Notes: a model not told the origin generated them from the letters alone. 64,000 nt of DNA from an uncultured Chloroflexia bacterium (GCA_963714835.1 CAVQPX010000008.1:335519-399518), one strand, 5' to 3'. Positions 19,353 to 29,069 are shown, numbered from the stretch's first letter. Made by a program: numbers and translations.

Positions 19353-19835
19353 ATGAACGCGGAGATCGAGCTCCTGCGCGCCCTCGAGGGCAGCTGGTTC
19401 GGGGCGGCCCTGCCGTCGCATGCACGCCGCCGGCTGATCGAGTGCGCCGCGCTTCGCACCTTCGATGCCGGCCAGGTCATCCTGGACGAACGCCAGGACA
19501 CACGGACCTTCGGCATCGTCACCAGTGGCCGGGTGGCCCTGCGGATGCTCGTGCCGGAGCGCGGCGCCGTCACCATCCTCACCGTTGAACCCGGCGACGT
19601 GGTCGGCTGGTCGGCACTCGTGGGACCGCATCGGGCCACGTCGACCGCCGTCGCCGTCGAGGACACGACGATGCTCGTGTTCGAACCCGAACGACTGCGG
19701 GCGATCCTCGGTTCGGACGACGCCCTCGCCGCGATCCTGTACCCGCGCCTGCTCGAGGCGGTCGGGCGCCGCCTCGCCGCCACGCGCAACCAGCTCCTGG
19801 ACCTGTACGCCCAGCAGTCCGGGAGCGGCTGGTGA
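19353..19835 (+). CDS. cyclic-nucleotide-binding (cNMP/Crp effector-type) domain protein; first gene of the hydrogenase operon
   Basis: 160 aa with a cNMP-binding beta-barrel pattern (FDAGQVILDERQDTRTFGIVTSGRVALRML...GDVVGWSALV) and no HTH domain. Its stop overlaps the GTG start of the next gene (GTGA). Confidence 0.7.
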   Translation: MNAEIELLRALEGSWFGAALPSHARRRLIECAALRTFDAGQVILDERQDTRTFGIVTSGRVALRMLVPERGAVTILTVEPGDVVGWSALVGPHRATSTAVAVEDTTMLVFEPERLRAILGSDDALAAILYPRLLEAVGRRLAATRNQLLDLYAQQSGSGW

Positions 19836-21793
19836 GCGGGGCCGGGGATCGCCGTGAGTTCCTGCCTCGCGCCGACCTCCAGCAGCTGATCGACCTGCTC
19901 GGGGAGGACGATCGCCAGGTGATCGGACCGACGGTCCGCGATGGCGCGATCGTCCACGAGGAGGTCCGCGACGCCGCCCAGCTCCCGGTGGGCTGGGTCG
20001 ACGAGCAGGCACCGGGTCGGTATCGGCTCAGCCAGCGCGAGCCTGGGTCGCCGGGCGTGAAGCGCGTCTTCGATTTCACCGTGGGGCCGTCCAGTCCCAA
20101 GCAGTACACGTTCCCGGCGACGGTCCCGCTGACGACCGCGCGGCGGGGTCCGAACGGCGAGGCCAGCTTTGACGCACCGTCGACCGAGCCACGCACCCTC
20201 GCCCTTCTGGGCGCCCGCGCCTGCGAGCTGGCGGCCCTGCAGATCCACGACCGGGTCCTCTCAGGCGGCCCCTTCGTCGACGAGGACTATCGAGCCCGGC
20301 GCGAGGGAACGGTGGTGGCTGCGGTCCAATGCACGCGATCAGGCGCGACCTGCTTCTGCGCCTCGATGGGGACCGGCCCCGAGGTCACTCGCGGACACGA
20401 TCTGTCGCTGACCGAGATCGAGGACGGGTTCGTCGTCGAAGCCGGTTCGTCGGTGGGCCGCCGCTTGCTGGATCGGCTCCCCGTGGTCGAGGCCACGGGC
20501 GACCAGGCGGCCGAGGCCGCGCGCGGGGTCGCCGCGGCCCGCGCGGCGCAGAAGGACGGCGTCGTCCTCGAAGGACTGCGCGACCGTCTGATGGATCAGC
20601 TGGACCATCCGCGCTGGGCCGAGGTCGCCGAGCGCTGCCTGACCTGCGGGAACTGCACGATGGTCTGCCCCACGTGCTTCTGCACGTCGGTCACCCTCCG
20701 CTCGGACCTCGACGGAGCCGCGACGGAGATGTCGCGCGAATGGGACTCATGCTTCTCGAGCTCGTTCGCCAAGGTCGCGGGCGGCAACTTCCGATCACGC
20801 CCCCAGGACCGCTACCGGCAGTGGCTGACCCACAAGTTCGGAACGTGGTTCGACCAGTTCGACTCGGCGGGCTGCGTGGGCTGTGGACGCTGCGTCACGT
20901 GGTGCCCGGTGGGTATCGACGTCCGCGAGGAACTCGCGGCCATCGCGCCGGCATATCGTCCGCCCGAGCGACCGGTCGTCGCCGGCAGCCCGGATGCCTA
21001 CGTGCCTGCCACGGTCCGGACGACGCGATCCGAAACGTCCGACACGACCACACTCGAACTGGTTCCCGCCGATCCCGGGCTTCTTGCTGCGGGTCCCGGC
21101 CAGTTCGTCATGGTGGCCCTGCCAGGCTTTCCCCCACTGCCGATCTCCGTCTCCCGGGTGACCGGCGACGCCCTGAACCTGACGATCCGGGCGGCCGGGC
21201 CGGCGACCGAGATGATCACCCGGCTGGAGCCCGGCCAGGAGCTCGGCCTGCGTGGGCCCCTCGGACGTGGCTGGCCGGTCGAGCGGGCGATCGGCCGCGA
21301 TGTCGTCGTGGCCGCCGGCGGGATCGGCCTCGCGCCACTGCGCCCGGTCATCGACGAACTCCTCCGCGAACGTGACCGGTTCGGGACGCTGTACCTGGCC
21401 TACGGAGCGCGGACCCCGGCCGATCAGCTCTTCGTCGGGGAGTTCGCGGAGTGGCGCGAACGCGGCCTCGAGATCGGGGAGATCGTCGACCGCGCCGGCG
21501 ATGAGTGGCGGGGTCCGGTCGGGGTGGTGACCAGCCTGCTCGATCAGCGCGAGTGGCGCGGACGGGAGGCGATCGCGTTCATCTGTGGCCCCGAGCGCAT
21601 GATGCAGGCCACGGTCTCCACGCTGCGCGAGCGGGGGATCCCGCGGCGGCGGATCCACCTGTCGATGGAACGGCACATGGAGTGCGGCATCGGGCTGTGC
21701 GGCCACTGCCAGATGGGACCGCTGTTCGTGTGCAAGGACGGCCCCGTGTTCGGCGCGTCCGAGATCAGCGACCTGATGCGAGAGGGGATCTGA
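19832..21793 (+). CDS. [NiFe]-hydrogenase group-3b-type diaphorase: fused beta (4Fe-4S) and gamma (FAD/NAD(P)-binding with 2Fe-2S) subunits
   Basis: N-terminal half has 4Fe-4S cysteine clusters (CLTCGNCTMVCPTCFC, CVGCGRCVTWCP), AsrA/HydB-like. C-terminal half is a ferredoxin-NADP-reductase-like fold (VVAAGGIGLAPLRPV, AFICGPERMM) ending in 2Fe-2S ECGIGLCGHCQ, HydG/AsrB-like. Confidence 0.75.
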   Translation: MSGAGDRREFLPRADLQQLIDLLGEDDRQVIGPTVRDGAIVHEEVRDAAQLPVGWVDEQAPGRYRLSQREPGSPGVKRVFDFTVGPSSPKQYTFPATVPLTTARRGPNGEASFDAPSTEPRTLALLGARACELAALQIHDRVLSGGPFVDEDYRARREGTVVAAVQCTRSGATCFCASMGTGPEVTRGHDLSLTEIEDGFVVEAGSSVGRRLLDRLPVVEATGDQAAEAARGVAAARAAQKDGVVLEGLRDRLMDQLDHPRWAEVAERCLTCGNCTMVCPTCFCTSVTLRSDLDGAATEMSREWDSCFSSSFAKVAGGNFRSRPQDRYRQWLTHKFGTWFDQFDSAGCVGCGRCVTWCPVGIDVREELAAIAPAYRPPERPVVAGSPDAYVPATVRTTRSETSDTTTLELVPADPGLLAAGPGQFVMVALPGFPPLPISVSRVTGDALNLTIRAAGPATEMITRLEPGQELGLRGPLGRGWPVERAIGRDVVVAAGGIGLAPLRPVIDELLRERDRFGTLYLAYGARTPADQLFVGEFAEWRERGLEIGEIVDRAGDEWRGPVGVVTSLLDQREWRGREAIAFICGPERMMQATVSTLRERGIPRRRIHLSMERHMECGIGLCGHCQMGPLFVCKDGPVFGASEISDLMREGI

Positions 21794-22675
21794 GTGGCGC
21801 CGGCGACCGCCGCGCGGCGTCCGCGGGTGGGCGTCGTGAAGCTCGCGTCGTGCGACGGCTGCCAGCTCACCCTGCTCGACCTCGAGGATGAGCTGCTGCC
21901 GATCGCCGAGCGCTTCGAGCTCGTGGAGTTCCCGGAAGCCACATCCCGTCGGTCGGACGGGCCATACGACATCCTCCTGGTGGAGGGTTCGATCAGCACG
22001 CCTGAGCAACTCGAGCACATCGTGCGCCTCCGGGCGCGAACGACCACGCTCGTGACCATCGGAGCGTGCGCGACGAGCGGCGGGATCCAGGCCCTGCGCA
22101 ACTGGCTGGACGAGCCCGCCTGGCGCGCGTCGGTCTACCCGGATCCCGGATACGTGGGATCGCTCGCCATGGCCACGCCCGTCGCCGATCACGTCAAGGT
22201 GGACGCGGAGCTGCGCGGATGCCCGATCGCACCCGGCCAGCTCCTTGAGTTCCTGACGGCGATCCGGATCGGGCGCCGACCGCAGCTGCCGTCGGAAGCC
22301 GTGTGCATGGCCTGCAAGCGCGCCGGGACCGTGTGCGTGATCGTGGCCCACGGCGCACCGTGCCTCGGCCCGCTGACCCAGACGGGGTGTGGCGCGCTGT
22401 GCCCCGCCTACGATCGGGGCTGCTACGCGTGCTTCGGGCCGGTCGATCAGGCCAACGTCGCGGGTCTCCAGCGACATCTCGGCGAGGGCCGCGATCCCGG
22501 AGAAGTGGACCGGTTGTTCGCCGGCTTCACCGCCTGGGCGCCGCCGTTCCGCGAGCCGGCGGGACGCGCCGCGCGGGCCGCGGACGCCCGCAACGTGGAT
22601 CCGCTCGCGGCCGAGGCCCGCGCGACCGACGCGGGCGGCACCGACGCAGGCACTGAGGGACCGGCCGATGCATGA
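21794..22675 (+). CDS. [NiFe]-hydrogenase small subunit (delta-type, NuoB-like Fe-S)
   Basis: KLASCDGCQL, TIGACATSGGIQAL, ELRGCPI and CMACKRAGTVCV cysteine motifs. GTG start overlaps the upstream stop (TGAGTG) after RBS GAGAGGGGA. Confidence 0.8.
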   Translation: MAPATAARRPRVGVVKLASCDGCQLTLLDLEDELLPIAERFELVEFPEATSRRSDGPYDILLVEGSISTPEQLEHIVRLRARTTTLVTIGACATSGGIQALRNWLDEPAWRASVYPDPGYVGSLAMATPVADHVKVDAELRGCPIAPGQLLEFLTAIRIGRRPQLPSEAVCMACKRAGTVCVIVAHGAPCLGPLTQTGCGALCPAYDRGCYACFGPVDQANVAGLQRHLGEGRDPGEVDRLFAGFTAWAPPFREPAGRAARAADARNVDPLAAEARATDAGGTDAGTEGPADA

Positions 22676-23969
22676 GACCGGAGAGATCCGTTACGAAGTG
22701 GGTCAGCTGACCCGCGTCGAGGGCGAGGGCTCACTCCTGCTCCGGGTCCAGGACGGGGTCGTGATCGAGGCCCGGCTCGGGATCTTCGAGGCGCCGCGCT
22801 ACTTCGAGCGGATCGTCGTCGGCCGAACACCGGACGAGGTCATCGACATCGTGGCGCGGATCTGCGGGATCTGCCCGGTCGCCTATCAGATGTCGGCTGT
22901 CCACGCCTTCGAGCGGCTGTTCGGCATCGGCGTCGACCCGCAGATCCGGGCCCTGCGCCGGCTGTTCTACTGCGGTGAGTGGATCGAAAGCCACGCCCTG
23001 CACATCCACCTGCTCCATGCCCCCGACTTCCTCGGGTACCCGAGCGCGATCGAACTCGCCGCCGACCACCCGGCGGCCGTCGCCCGCGGGCTGCGCCTCA
23101 AGAAGCTCGGTAATCGGATCGTCAGTGTCCTTGGCGGACGGGCGATCCACCCGATCAGCGTCCGGGTCGGCGGTTTCTCGCGCGTGCCCCGCGCCGAGGA
23201 CCTCGCCGCCCTCCGTCGCGATCTCGCCGACGCGATCGACGACGCGCGCGACGTGGTGGCCTGGAGCGCGACCCTCACTCCCCCGCCCTACGAGCGCGAG
23301 CCGCGACTCGTGGCTCTCCGCCACGCCGACGAGTACCCGATGAACGACGGGCGGATCGTGTCGAGCGACGGCATCGACATCGACCCGGGCGACTGGGGGA
23401 CGATCTTCCACGAGGAGCAGGTGCCCTGGTCGAATGCGCTCCAGGCCCGGGCCGCTGACGGGGCCGCCTACCTCCTCGGCCCGACCGCCCGAGTGACCCT
23501 CGCCGGAGACCGCCTGCATCCGATCGCCGCGGAAGCGTTGGCGGCGACCGGTCTTGGGTCTGAGCTGCGGACGAACGTCTTCCGGAGCATCGTCGCGCGC
23601 TCGGTGGAGATGCTGCATGCCTTCGCCGAGGCCGTCGACATCATCGATGCCTATCGTCGACCCGTCGCGCCGCTGACGACATGGGAGCCGCGTGCGGGAA
23701 CGGCCGCCTGGGCGACCGAGGCACCGCGCGGCCTGCTCTTCCACCGCTACCAGGTCGGCGCGGACGGGCTGATCGAGCACGCCGAGATCGTGCCGCCCAC
23801 GAGCCAGAACCAGGCGGCCATCGAGCACGATCTGCTGACCTTCGCTTCGGGTGCCCTCCATCTGCCCCACGCCGACGCCCAGCACCAGCTCGAGCAGCTC
23901 ATCCGGAGCTACGACCCGTGCATCAGCTGCGCCACCCACTTCCTCGATCTCCGCGTGGAGGACGCCTGA
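22668..23969 (+). CDS. [NiFe]-hydrogenase large (catalytic) subunit
   Basis: N-terminal RICGICPVAYQMSAVHAFE (RxCGxC) and C-terminal DPCISCATHFLD (DPCxxC) nickel-binding motifs. Start MHETGEIRY overlaps the small-subunit stop (ATGCATGA). Confidence 0.85.
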   Translation: MHETGEIRYEVGQLTRVEGEGSLLLRVQDGVVIEARLGIFEAPRYFERIVVGRTPDEVIDIVARICGICPVAYQMSAVHAFERLFGIGVDPQIRALRRLFYCGEWIESHALHIHLLHAPDFLGYPSAIELAADHPAAVARGLRLKKLGNRIVSVLGGRAIHPISVRVGGFSRVPRAEDLAALRRDLADAIDDARDVVAWSATLTPPPYEREPRLVALRHADEYPMNDGRIVSSDGIDIDPGDWGTIFHEEQVPWSNALQARAADGAAYLLGPTARVTLAGDRLHPIAAEALAATGLGSELRTNVFRSIVARSVEMLHAFAEAVDIIDAYRRPVAPLTTWEPRAGTAAWATEAPRGLLFHRYQVGADGLIEHAEIVPPTSQNQAAIEHDLLTFASGALHLPHADAQHQLEQLIRSYDPCISCATHFLDLRVEDA

Positions 23970-24514
23970 TGGGCCCGCGACGGGTGACCGTCCTGTTGTG
24001 CGGAGAAGCCGCCCGCGGAGACGATGGCGTCGCATTCACCGCGGGCGCCCGACTGGCCGATGCGCCCGCGCCCCTGGCCGATCTGCGCAGCGTGGGCCAA
24101 CTCGATCCCGACGATCTCGTCCACGCACCGGGTCCCATCGTCGTCGTGGACGCGGTTCGCGGACCGGCACCCGGGACGATCGTGGATCTCCCGCTCGCGA
24201 ACCTGGGGACGGCCCCGTGGACCACGCCCACCGGTGGGCGCTCCATGGCCGCCGCGTCGAGCCACGCGTTGCCCCTCGAGACGGTCGTGGCGATCGCCGC
24301 ACGCCTGCGTGCGAGTCCGCTCGAGGGGCGCTTCGTCGGCCTTGCCGGCGCGGACTTCGAGCTCGGCGCACCACTGTCCGATGTGGTGACGTCGGCCCTT
24401 CCGCGGCTGGTCGACCGGCTCGCGGACTGGATCGAGGTCCTCTCGGAGGACGATGCTCGACCCGCGGAGCCAGCGCCGGCGCGGGGCGGATCCAGGACCG
24501 GGCCATGTGCCTGA
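23969..24514 (+). CDS. hydrogenase maturation endopeptidase (HycI/HoxW family)
   Basis: MGPRRVTVLLCGEAARGDDGVAF (GDDG motif). ATG overlaps the large-subunit stop (TGATG). Confidence 0.7.
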   Translation: MGPRRVTVLLCGEAARGDDGVAFTAGARLADAPAPLADLRSVGQLDPDDLVHAPGPIVVVDAVRGPAPGTIVDLPLANLGTAPWTTPTGGRSMAAASSHALPLETVVAIAARLRASPLEGRFVGLAGADFELGAPLSDVVTSALPRLVDRLADWIEVLSEDDARPAEPAPARGGSRTGPCA

Positions 24515-24744
24515 CGCTCCCCGTCGAGGTCGTCGAAGTGGACGGGGCCTGGGCGACGGTCGAGACCAGCCTCGGTCGGCGGCGTGCGTCGACGCTCGTG
24601 CTGCCCGACGTCCAGCCAGGCGACTGGGCCATCCTCGCCGCCGGGACCCTGATCGAGATCCTCGATCCACAGGCCGCGCATGAGATCACCGCCGCGGTCA
24701 ACGCCGCGACCGGAGCAGACGATGCAGGAGGGATGCCACGATGA
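24505..24744 (+). CDS. hypC: hydrogenase assembly chaperone HypC/HupF
   Basis: Begins MCLTLPVEVVEVDG (the MCL(A/G)IP hallmark); 79 aa. Confidence 0.75.
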   Translation: MCLTLPVEVVEVDGAWATVETSLGRRRASTLVLPDVQPGDWAILAAGTLIEILDPQAAHEITAAVNAATGADDAGGMPR

Positions 24745-25688
24745 GCCGCCTCGGAGCGCTGTTCGACACGAGTCGATCCGATACCCGGAGGGTCGGGCTG
24801 GGACTGGCGACCGCAACCGCCGTCATCAGCGGGTTCGCCGTGTTCCTGAACGGGATGGCCGTCAAGTCGTTCGCCGACCCGATCGTCTACACCACCATGA
24901 AGAACGGGGTCGCCGCCGCGATCCTGGTCGGCCTGGCGCTCGTGGTGACGCGCGGCGCTGTCGGGACACCGCGCCGCGCCCTCCCCGGCCTGATCGTGCT
25001 CGGCATCGTCGGCGGGAGCATCCCGTTCGTCCTGTTCTTCACCGGCCTCGCCGAGGCCACGGCGCCGGCCGCTGCGTTCATCCACAAGACCCTGTTCATC
25101 TGGGTCGCGGTCTTGGCCGTGCTGTTCCTCCGCGAGCGGATCGGCTGGCTCCAGGCCGCCGCATTGGGCATCCTGCTCGTCGCGCAGCTCCTCATCCAGA
25201 CGCCCGCTGGCGTGGGGTTCGGAGCGGGTGAGGTGCTCATCGCCCTGGCCACCGGCCTGTGGGCCATCGAGGCGGTCGTCGCCCGACGGCTCCTGCCCGG
25301 CGTCGGCACCCCGGTGGCGGCCGCCGCGCGGATGGGCATCGGGCTGGTGATCCTCGCGGCGTTCGTCACGGCGAGCGGCCGACTCGGCGCCGTCGCGACG
25401 ATGGGCGCAGAGCAGTGGATGTGGATCCTCATCACGGGGGTCGTCCTGGCTGGGTACGTCGCCACCTGGTACGCGGCGTTGCGCCGGGCGCCCGCGAGCG
25501 CGGTGACCGCGGTCCTCACGCTCGGCGCACCGATCACCGCCGGGCTCCAGCTCGTCGGGGCGGGCAGGGCCCCGGATCCGGCAGCCGTCGGGGGATACGT
25601 GCTGGTCGTCATCGCCGTGGCTGCGGTCTGGGTCCTCGTCACCCGCTCGAAGGCGGGCGCACGGCCGGCCGGCGCCGGATCGGGATGA
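24741..25688 (+). CDS. EamA/DMT-family transporter
   Basis: 315 aa, 10 TM helices, duplicated EamA pattern. ATGA overlap with hypC. Confidence 0.7.
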   Translation: MSRLGALFDTSRSDTRRVGLGLATATAVISGFAVFLNGMAVKSFADPIVYTTMKNGVAAAILVGLALVVTRGAVGTPRRALPGLIVLGIVGGSIPFVLFFTGLAEATAPAAAFIHKTLFIWVAVLAVLFLRERIGWLQAAALGILLVAQLLIQTPAGVGFGAGEVLIALATGLWAIEAVVARRLLPGVGTPVAAAARMGIGLVILAAFVTASGRLGAVATMGAEQWMWILITGVVLAGYVATWYAALRRAPASAVTAVLTLGAPITAGLQLVGAGRAPDPAAVGGYVLVVIAVAAVWVLVTRSKAGARPAGAGSG

Positions 25689-26548
25689 CGCTCACCCGCG
25701 GCGACTTGATCGACCGTGCGACGATCGGCGTCCCCCGCCCCGCCGAAGCGCTGGTTCCGGCCGAGCAGGGGCGAGCTGCGCCGGGGCGAGCCGGCCCGGG
25801 AAACCTCGTGCCCACGCCTGGGCCGGTGCTCTTCGCACGCTATGCCTACCCGCCGAACCTGCTCGGACTGTGCGGACCCGGCGACGCGGCCGCGCTCCTG
25901 GAAGGATCCCTGGCGAACGAGGAGCCACAACTGCGTGAGCTCGCCCGCGGCTTCGAAGGCGCGTATCCCTATCTCCGACTCATCGCGGCGGCCAACGACA
26001 TCGCCGACCCGCTGGATCCTCGGGTCGTGGAGGCGTACTGGATCGGGAACGAGCTGACGGAGCGCGTCCCGGTTCGCGCGCTGCACGCCGACGTGACCGC
26101 ACGGTTCCGTCCGCGGATGACCAACGGCGACTGGGGTTGGCTCGAAGCGTCACTGGCGGCGGGCTCGATCCCGAACCATGCCTTCCACGTGCTCGCGATC
26201 TTCCCTCGGGCAGGCATGCTCCGCTCGGGTCGCGGCGCTCCCATCGTCGAGACGATGGACCGCTGCCGGATCCGCTGGGGTCGAGTCATGGACGTGACCG
26301 GGAGCCGCCTGATCGTCGCCGCCCGACACCTCGAGATCGTCGCCGGCAGGCTCGCATTGGGGTCGGAGGTCGTCGAGACCGTATCGACTTGGCGCGACGC
26401 GAGCGGTCCGATCGGCGCGATCCCGGTGGGCGCCAGCGTGTCCCTCCACTGGGACTGGGTCTGCGACGTCCTCGACGACCGGCGACTTCGGGCGCTCCGG
26501 CGGTGGACCGCGGGTGCGATCGGCATCGCGAACGAGACCGCGATCTGA
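25685..26548 (+). CDS. conserved hypothetical protein co-transcribed with hydrogenase maturation genes
   Basis: 287 aa from MTLTRGDLIDRATIG. Overlaps the EamA stop (ATGA). No recognisable motif. Confidence 0.5.
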   Translation: MTLTRGDLIDRATIGVPRPAEALVPAEQGRAAPGRAGPGNLVPTPGPVLFARYAYPPNLLGLCGPGDAAALLEGSLANEEPQLRELARGFEGAYPYLRLIAAANDIADPLDPRVVEAYWIGNELTERVPVRALHADVTARFRPRMTNGDWGWLEASLAAGSIPNHAFHVLAIFPRAGMLRSGRGAPIVETMDRCRIRWGRVMDVTGSRLIVAARHLEIVAGRLALGSEVVETVSTWRDASGPIGAIPVGASVSLHWDWVCDVLDDRRLRALRRWTAGAIGIANETAI

Positions 26549-26552
26549 CCTG

Positions 26553-27302
26553 CTACATCATCACGAGGCCGCCATCCACGGCCAGGACCTGGCCGGTGAT
26601 GTAGGCGGCTTCGTCGCTGGCGAGGAAGGCGACCGCGTCGGCGATCTCCTCGGTGGTCCCGAAGCGGCCCAGCGGCGTCCGTGCGGTGATCTCGGCCTGG
26701 AGCGGCTCGGCCAGGCCGGAGGTGAGTTCGGTGAGCACGAAGCCCGGGGCCACCGCGTTGCAGGTGATGTTCCGCGAGGCGAGCTCCCGCGCCGTCGCCT
26801 TCGTCAGTCCGATGAGGCCCGCCTTGGCCGCCGAGTAGTTGGCCTGACCCGTCTGGCCGGCCTGGCCGGAGACCGACGTGATGTTGACGATCCTGCCGGC
26901 CTTCGCCTTGAGCATCGGACGGGTGACCGCCTTCGTCGCGTAGAAGGCTCCGAACAGGTTCGTCTCGAGCACGTCGCGCCAGTCCTCGGGCTTCATCCGC
27001 ATGATCAGGTCGTCGCGGGTGATCCCGGCGTTGTTGACGAGGATGTCGACCTTCCCGAATGCCTCGAGCGCAGCCTTGACCAGGGTCTCGGCGCTCTCCT
27101 GGTCGCGGACGTCGGCCTGGACCGCGATCGCCCGCCGCCCGAGCGCCTCGAGCGCAGTCACGGCTTCGCCGGCAGCCGCTTCGTTCCCGCGGTACGAGAT
27201 CGCGACGTCCGCGCCCTGCGTCGCGAGCCGCAGGGCGATCGCCCGCCCGATCCCGCGCGACCCACCGGTCACGATGGCGCTCTTCCCGGTCAGGTCGATC
27301 AT
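26553..27302 (-). CDS. fabG: 3-oxoacyl-[ACP] reductase FabG
   Basis: MIDLTGKSAIVTGGSRGIGRAIA...NNAGITRD...SGQAGQTGQANYSAAKAG (SDR catalytic Y-x3-K). RBS GGAGGAGA precedes ATG at 27302. Confidence 0.85.
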   Translation of the reverse strand: MIDLTGKSAIVTGGSRGIGRAIALRLATQGADVAISYRGNEAAAGEAVTALEALGRRAIAVQADVRDQESAETLVKAALEAFGKVDILVNNAGITRDDLIMRMKPEDWRDVLETNLFGAFYATKAVTRPMLKAKAGRIVNITSVSGQAGQTGQANYSAAKAGLIGLTKATARELASRNITCNAVAPGFVLTELTSGLAEPLQAEITARTPLGRFGTTEEIADAVAFLASDEAAYITGQVLAVDGGLVMM

Positions 27303-27336
27303 GGTCTCCTCCGCGGTGTTGGCTCGTTGCTGGGCG

Positions 27337-28530
27337 TCAGCGTCGTGCCGGCTCGTGAGCGGATGCCGGCTCACCGGGCACGACGTCGTCGAGCGGCACG
27401 TCCACGAGATCCGGTCCGGCCATCAGCTCGGCCAGGGCCGGCGGGATGGGATCGACCGAGTCCCAGTCGACCGGCAAGCGGACCCGCACGGCCTCGGGAT
27501 CCACGGCGACGTGGCCCGCTCGGCCGCGCTCCGGATCGGCCGTCCACTCGATCGTCACGGCACCGGACGTGAAGCCGGCACCGAACGCGACGATGACGAT
27601 CCGGTCGCCGACCTTGACCCGGCCCTCGTTGACCGCCTCGGCGAGCGCGATGGGCACCGACGCCGCCGAGGTGTTCCCGTAGCGGTCCACGTTCACGTAC
27701 ATCTTCTCCATCGGGAGCCCGAGGCCCTTGGCGACGGCCTCGATGATCCTGACGTTGGCCTGATGCGGGATGAACAGGTCGATGTCGGACGGGTCGAGGC
27801 CGGCCCGCCGGATGCTCTCCAGGGCGGTCGTCGCCATCGTCTTCGTCGCGAAGCGATAGGTCTCCTTGCCTTCCATCCGGATGTAGTGCTCGCCCCGCGC
27901 GATCGTGCCCGGGGACGGCGGGGCCTTCGCTCCACCGGCGGGCAGCCAGATCATGTAGGCGCCCTGGGGCTCGGTCGTCATCTCGATCCCGAGACCGCCA
28001 CCCGGCGTGTCCGCCGCCGACATGACGACGGCCCCGGCGCCATCCCCGAAGAGGATGCAGGTGCCACGGTCGGTGTAGTCGAGGAAGCGGGTCAGCAACT
28101 CCGCACCGATGACGAGGACGTGTTTCGCGAGCCCGGCCGTGATGTAGGCCTGGGCGGTGGCATACGCGTAGACGAACCCCGAGCAGGCCGCTGCCACGTC
28201 CATCGCCGCGGCCCGCGTGTTCCCGATCGCCTCCTTGACGAGCGCCGCCGTCGACGGCATCCAGTAGTCGGGAGTGAGCGTGGCGAGGAGGATGAGATCG
28301 ATCTCGTTCGGGTCGATCCCGGCCGTGTGGATGGCGCGCAGCGAGGCGACCGCAGCCATCGAGGCGGTCGTCTCGTGGGCGGCCGCGACGCGTCGTTCCC
28401 GGATCCCGGTCCGTGTCACGATCCAGTCGTCCGACGTATCGACCATCCGCTCGAGGTCCTTGTTCGTCAGGACGTGGCTGGGTGCGTAGCTGCCCCATCC
28501 GGTGATGTGGGCTGTCCTCGTCTCGCTCAC
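27337..28530 (-). CDS. fabH: 3-oxoacyl-[ACP] synthase III (FabH) with ~65-aa C-terminal extension
   Basis: GTG start (MSETRTAHITGWGSYAPSHVLTNKDLERMVDTSDDWIVTRTGIRERR) overlaps the accB stop (GTGA). Catalytic region includes AAACSGFVYA and VPIALAEAV. After the usual end (...AFGAGFTSGAVTIEW) the frame continues ~65 aa to a stop at 27337. Confidence 0.8.
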   Translation of the reverse strand: MSETRTAHITGWGSYAPSHVLTNKDLERMVDTSDDWIVTRTGIRERRVAAAHETTASMAAVASLRAIHTAGIDPNEIDLILLATLTPDYWMPSTAALVKEAIGNTRAAAMDVAAACSGFVYAYATAQAYITAGLAKHVLVIGAELLTRFLDYTDRGTCILFGDGAGAVVMSAADTPGGGLGIEMTTEPQGAYMIWLPAGGAKAPPSPGTIARGEHYIRMEGKETYRFATKTMATTALESIRRAGLDPSDIDLFIPHQANVRIIEAVAKGLGLPMEKMYVNVDRYGNTSAASVPIALAEAVNEGRVKVGDRIVIVAFGAGFTSGAVTIEWTADPERGRAGHVAVDPEAVRVRLPVDWDSVDPIPPALAELMAGPDLVDVPLDDVVPGEPASAHEPARR

Positions 28531-29069
28531 AGCGGCTCCACTTCGATCAGTGGCTGCTTGGCCTTGACCAGCTGCCCATTCTCGGCCACCACCTTGACGA
28601 CGCGGCCGGCCAGGTCGGACTTGATCTCGTTGAAGAGTTTCATGGCCTCGATCAGGCCCACGATCTGGCCCACGGCCACCTCGCCGCCCACCTGCACGTA
28701 CGGTGCCGACCCGGGCGACGGTGCACCCCAGTAGATCCCGGTGAGCGGGGCTCGAACGGCGGGACCGATGCCGCCCGCCTGGTCCTGGCCGGAGGCGCCG
28801 GCAGCCGCCGCGGACCGGCCACCATCGGCAGCCGTGGACGGCGCGGATTCGGACATCGAGGCAGCGGACGCGCCGATGGCCACGGCCGGCTGGACGAGCG
28901 CAGCGGGCTTGCGCAGGACGAGGCCGGTCCCCCCGACCTCCACCTCGATCTCGGTGAGGTCGCTTCGATCGAGGACGACCGCGAGGCGATCGACGAGCGC
29001 GAGCAGGGACTCGTCGCCGGCGTCCATGGCGCGCGCGTCCGACGATCGCTCGTCGCTCATCCGGCCCAT
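28527..29069 (-). CDS. accB: acetyl-CoA carboxylase biotin carboxyl carrier protein (BCCP)
   Basis: C-terminal biotinyl domain with EAMKLFNEIK (canonical AMK lysine). The start may instead be ATG at 29060, which forms ATGA with the fabF stop. Confidence 0.8.
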   Translation of the reverse strand: MGRMSDERSSDARAMDAGDESLLALVDRLAVVLDRSDLTEIEVEVGGTGLVLRKPAALVQPAVAIGASAASMSESAPSTAADGGRSAAAAGASGQDQAGGIGPAVRAPLTGIYWGAPSPGSAPYVQVGGEVAVGQIVGLIEAMKLFNEIKSDLAGRVVKVVAENGQLVKAKQPLIEVEPL

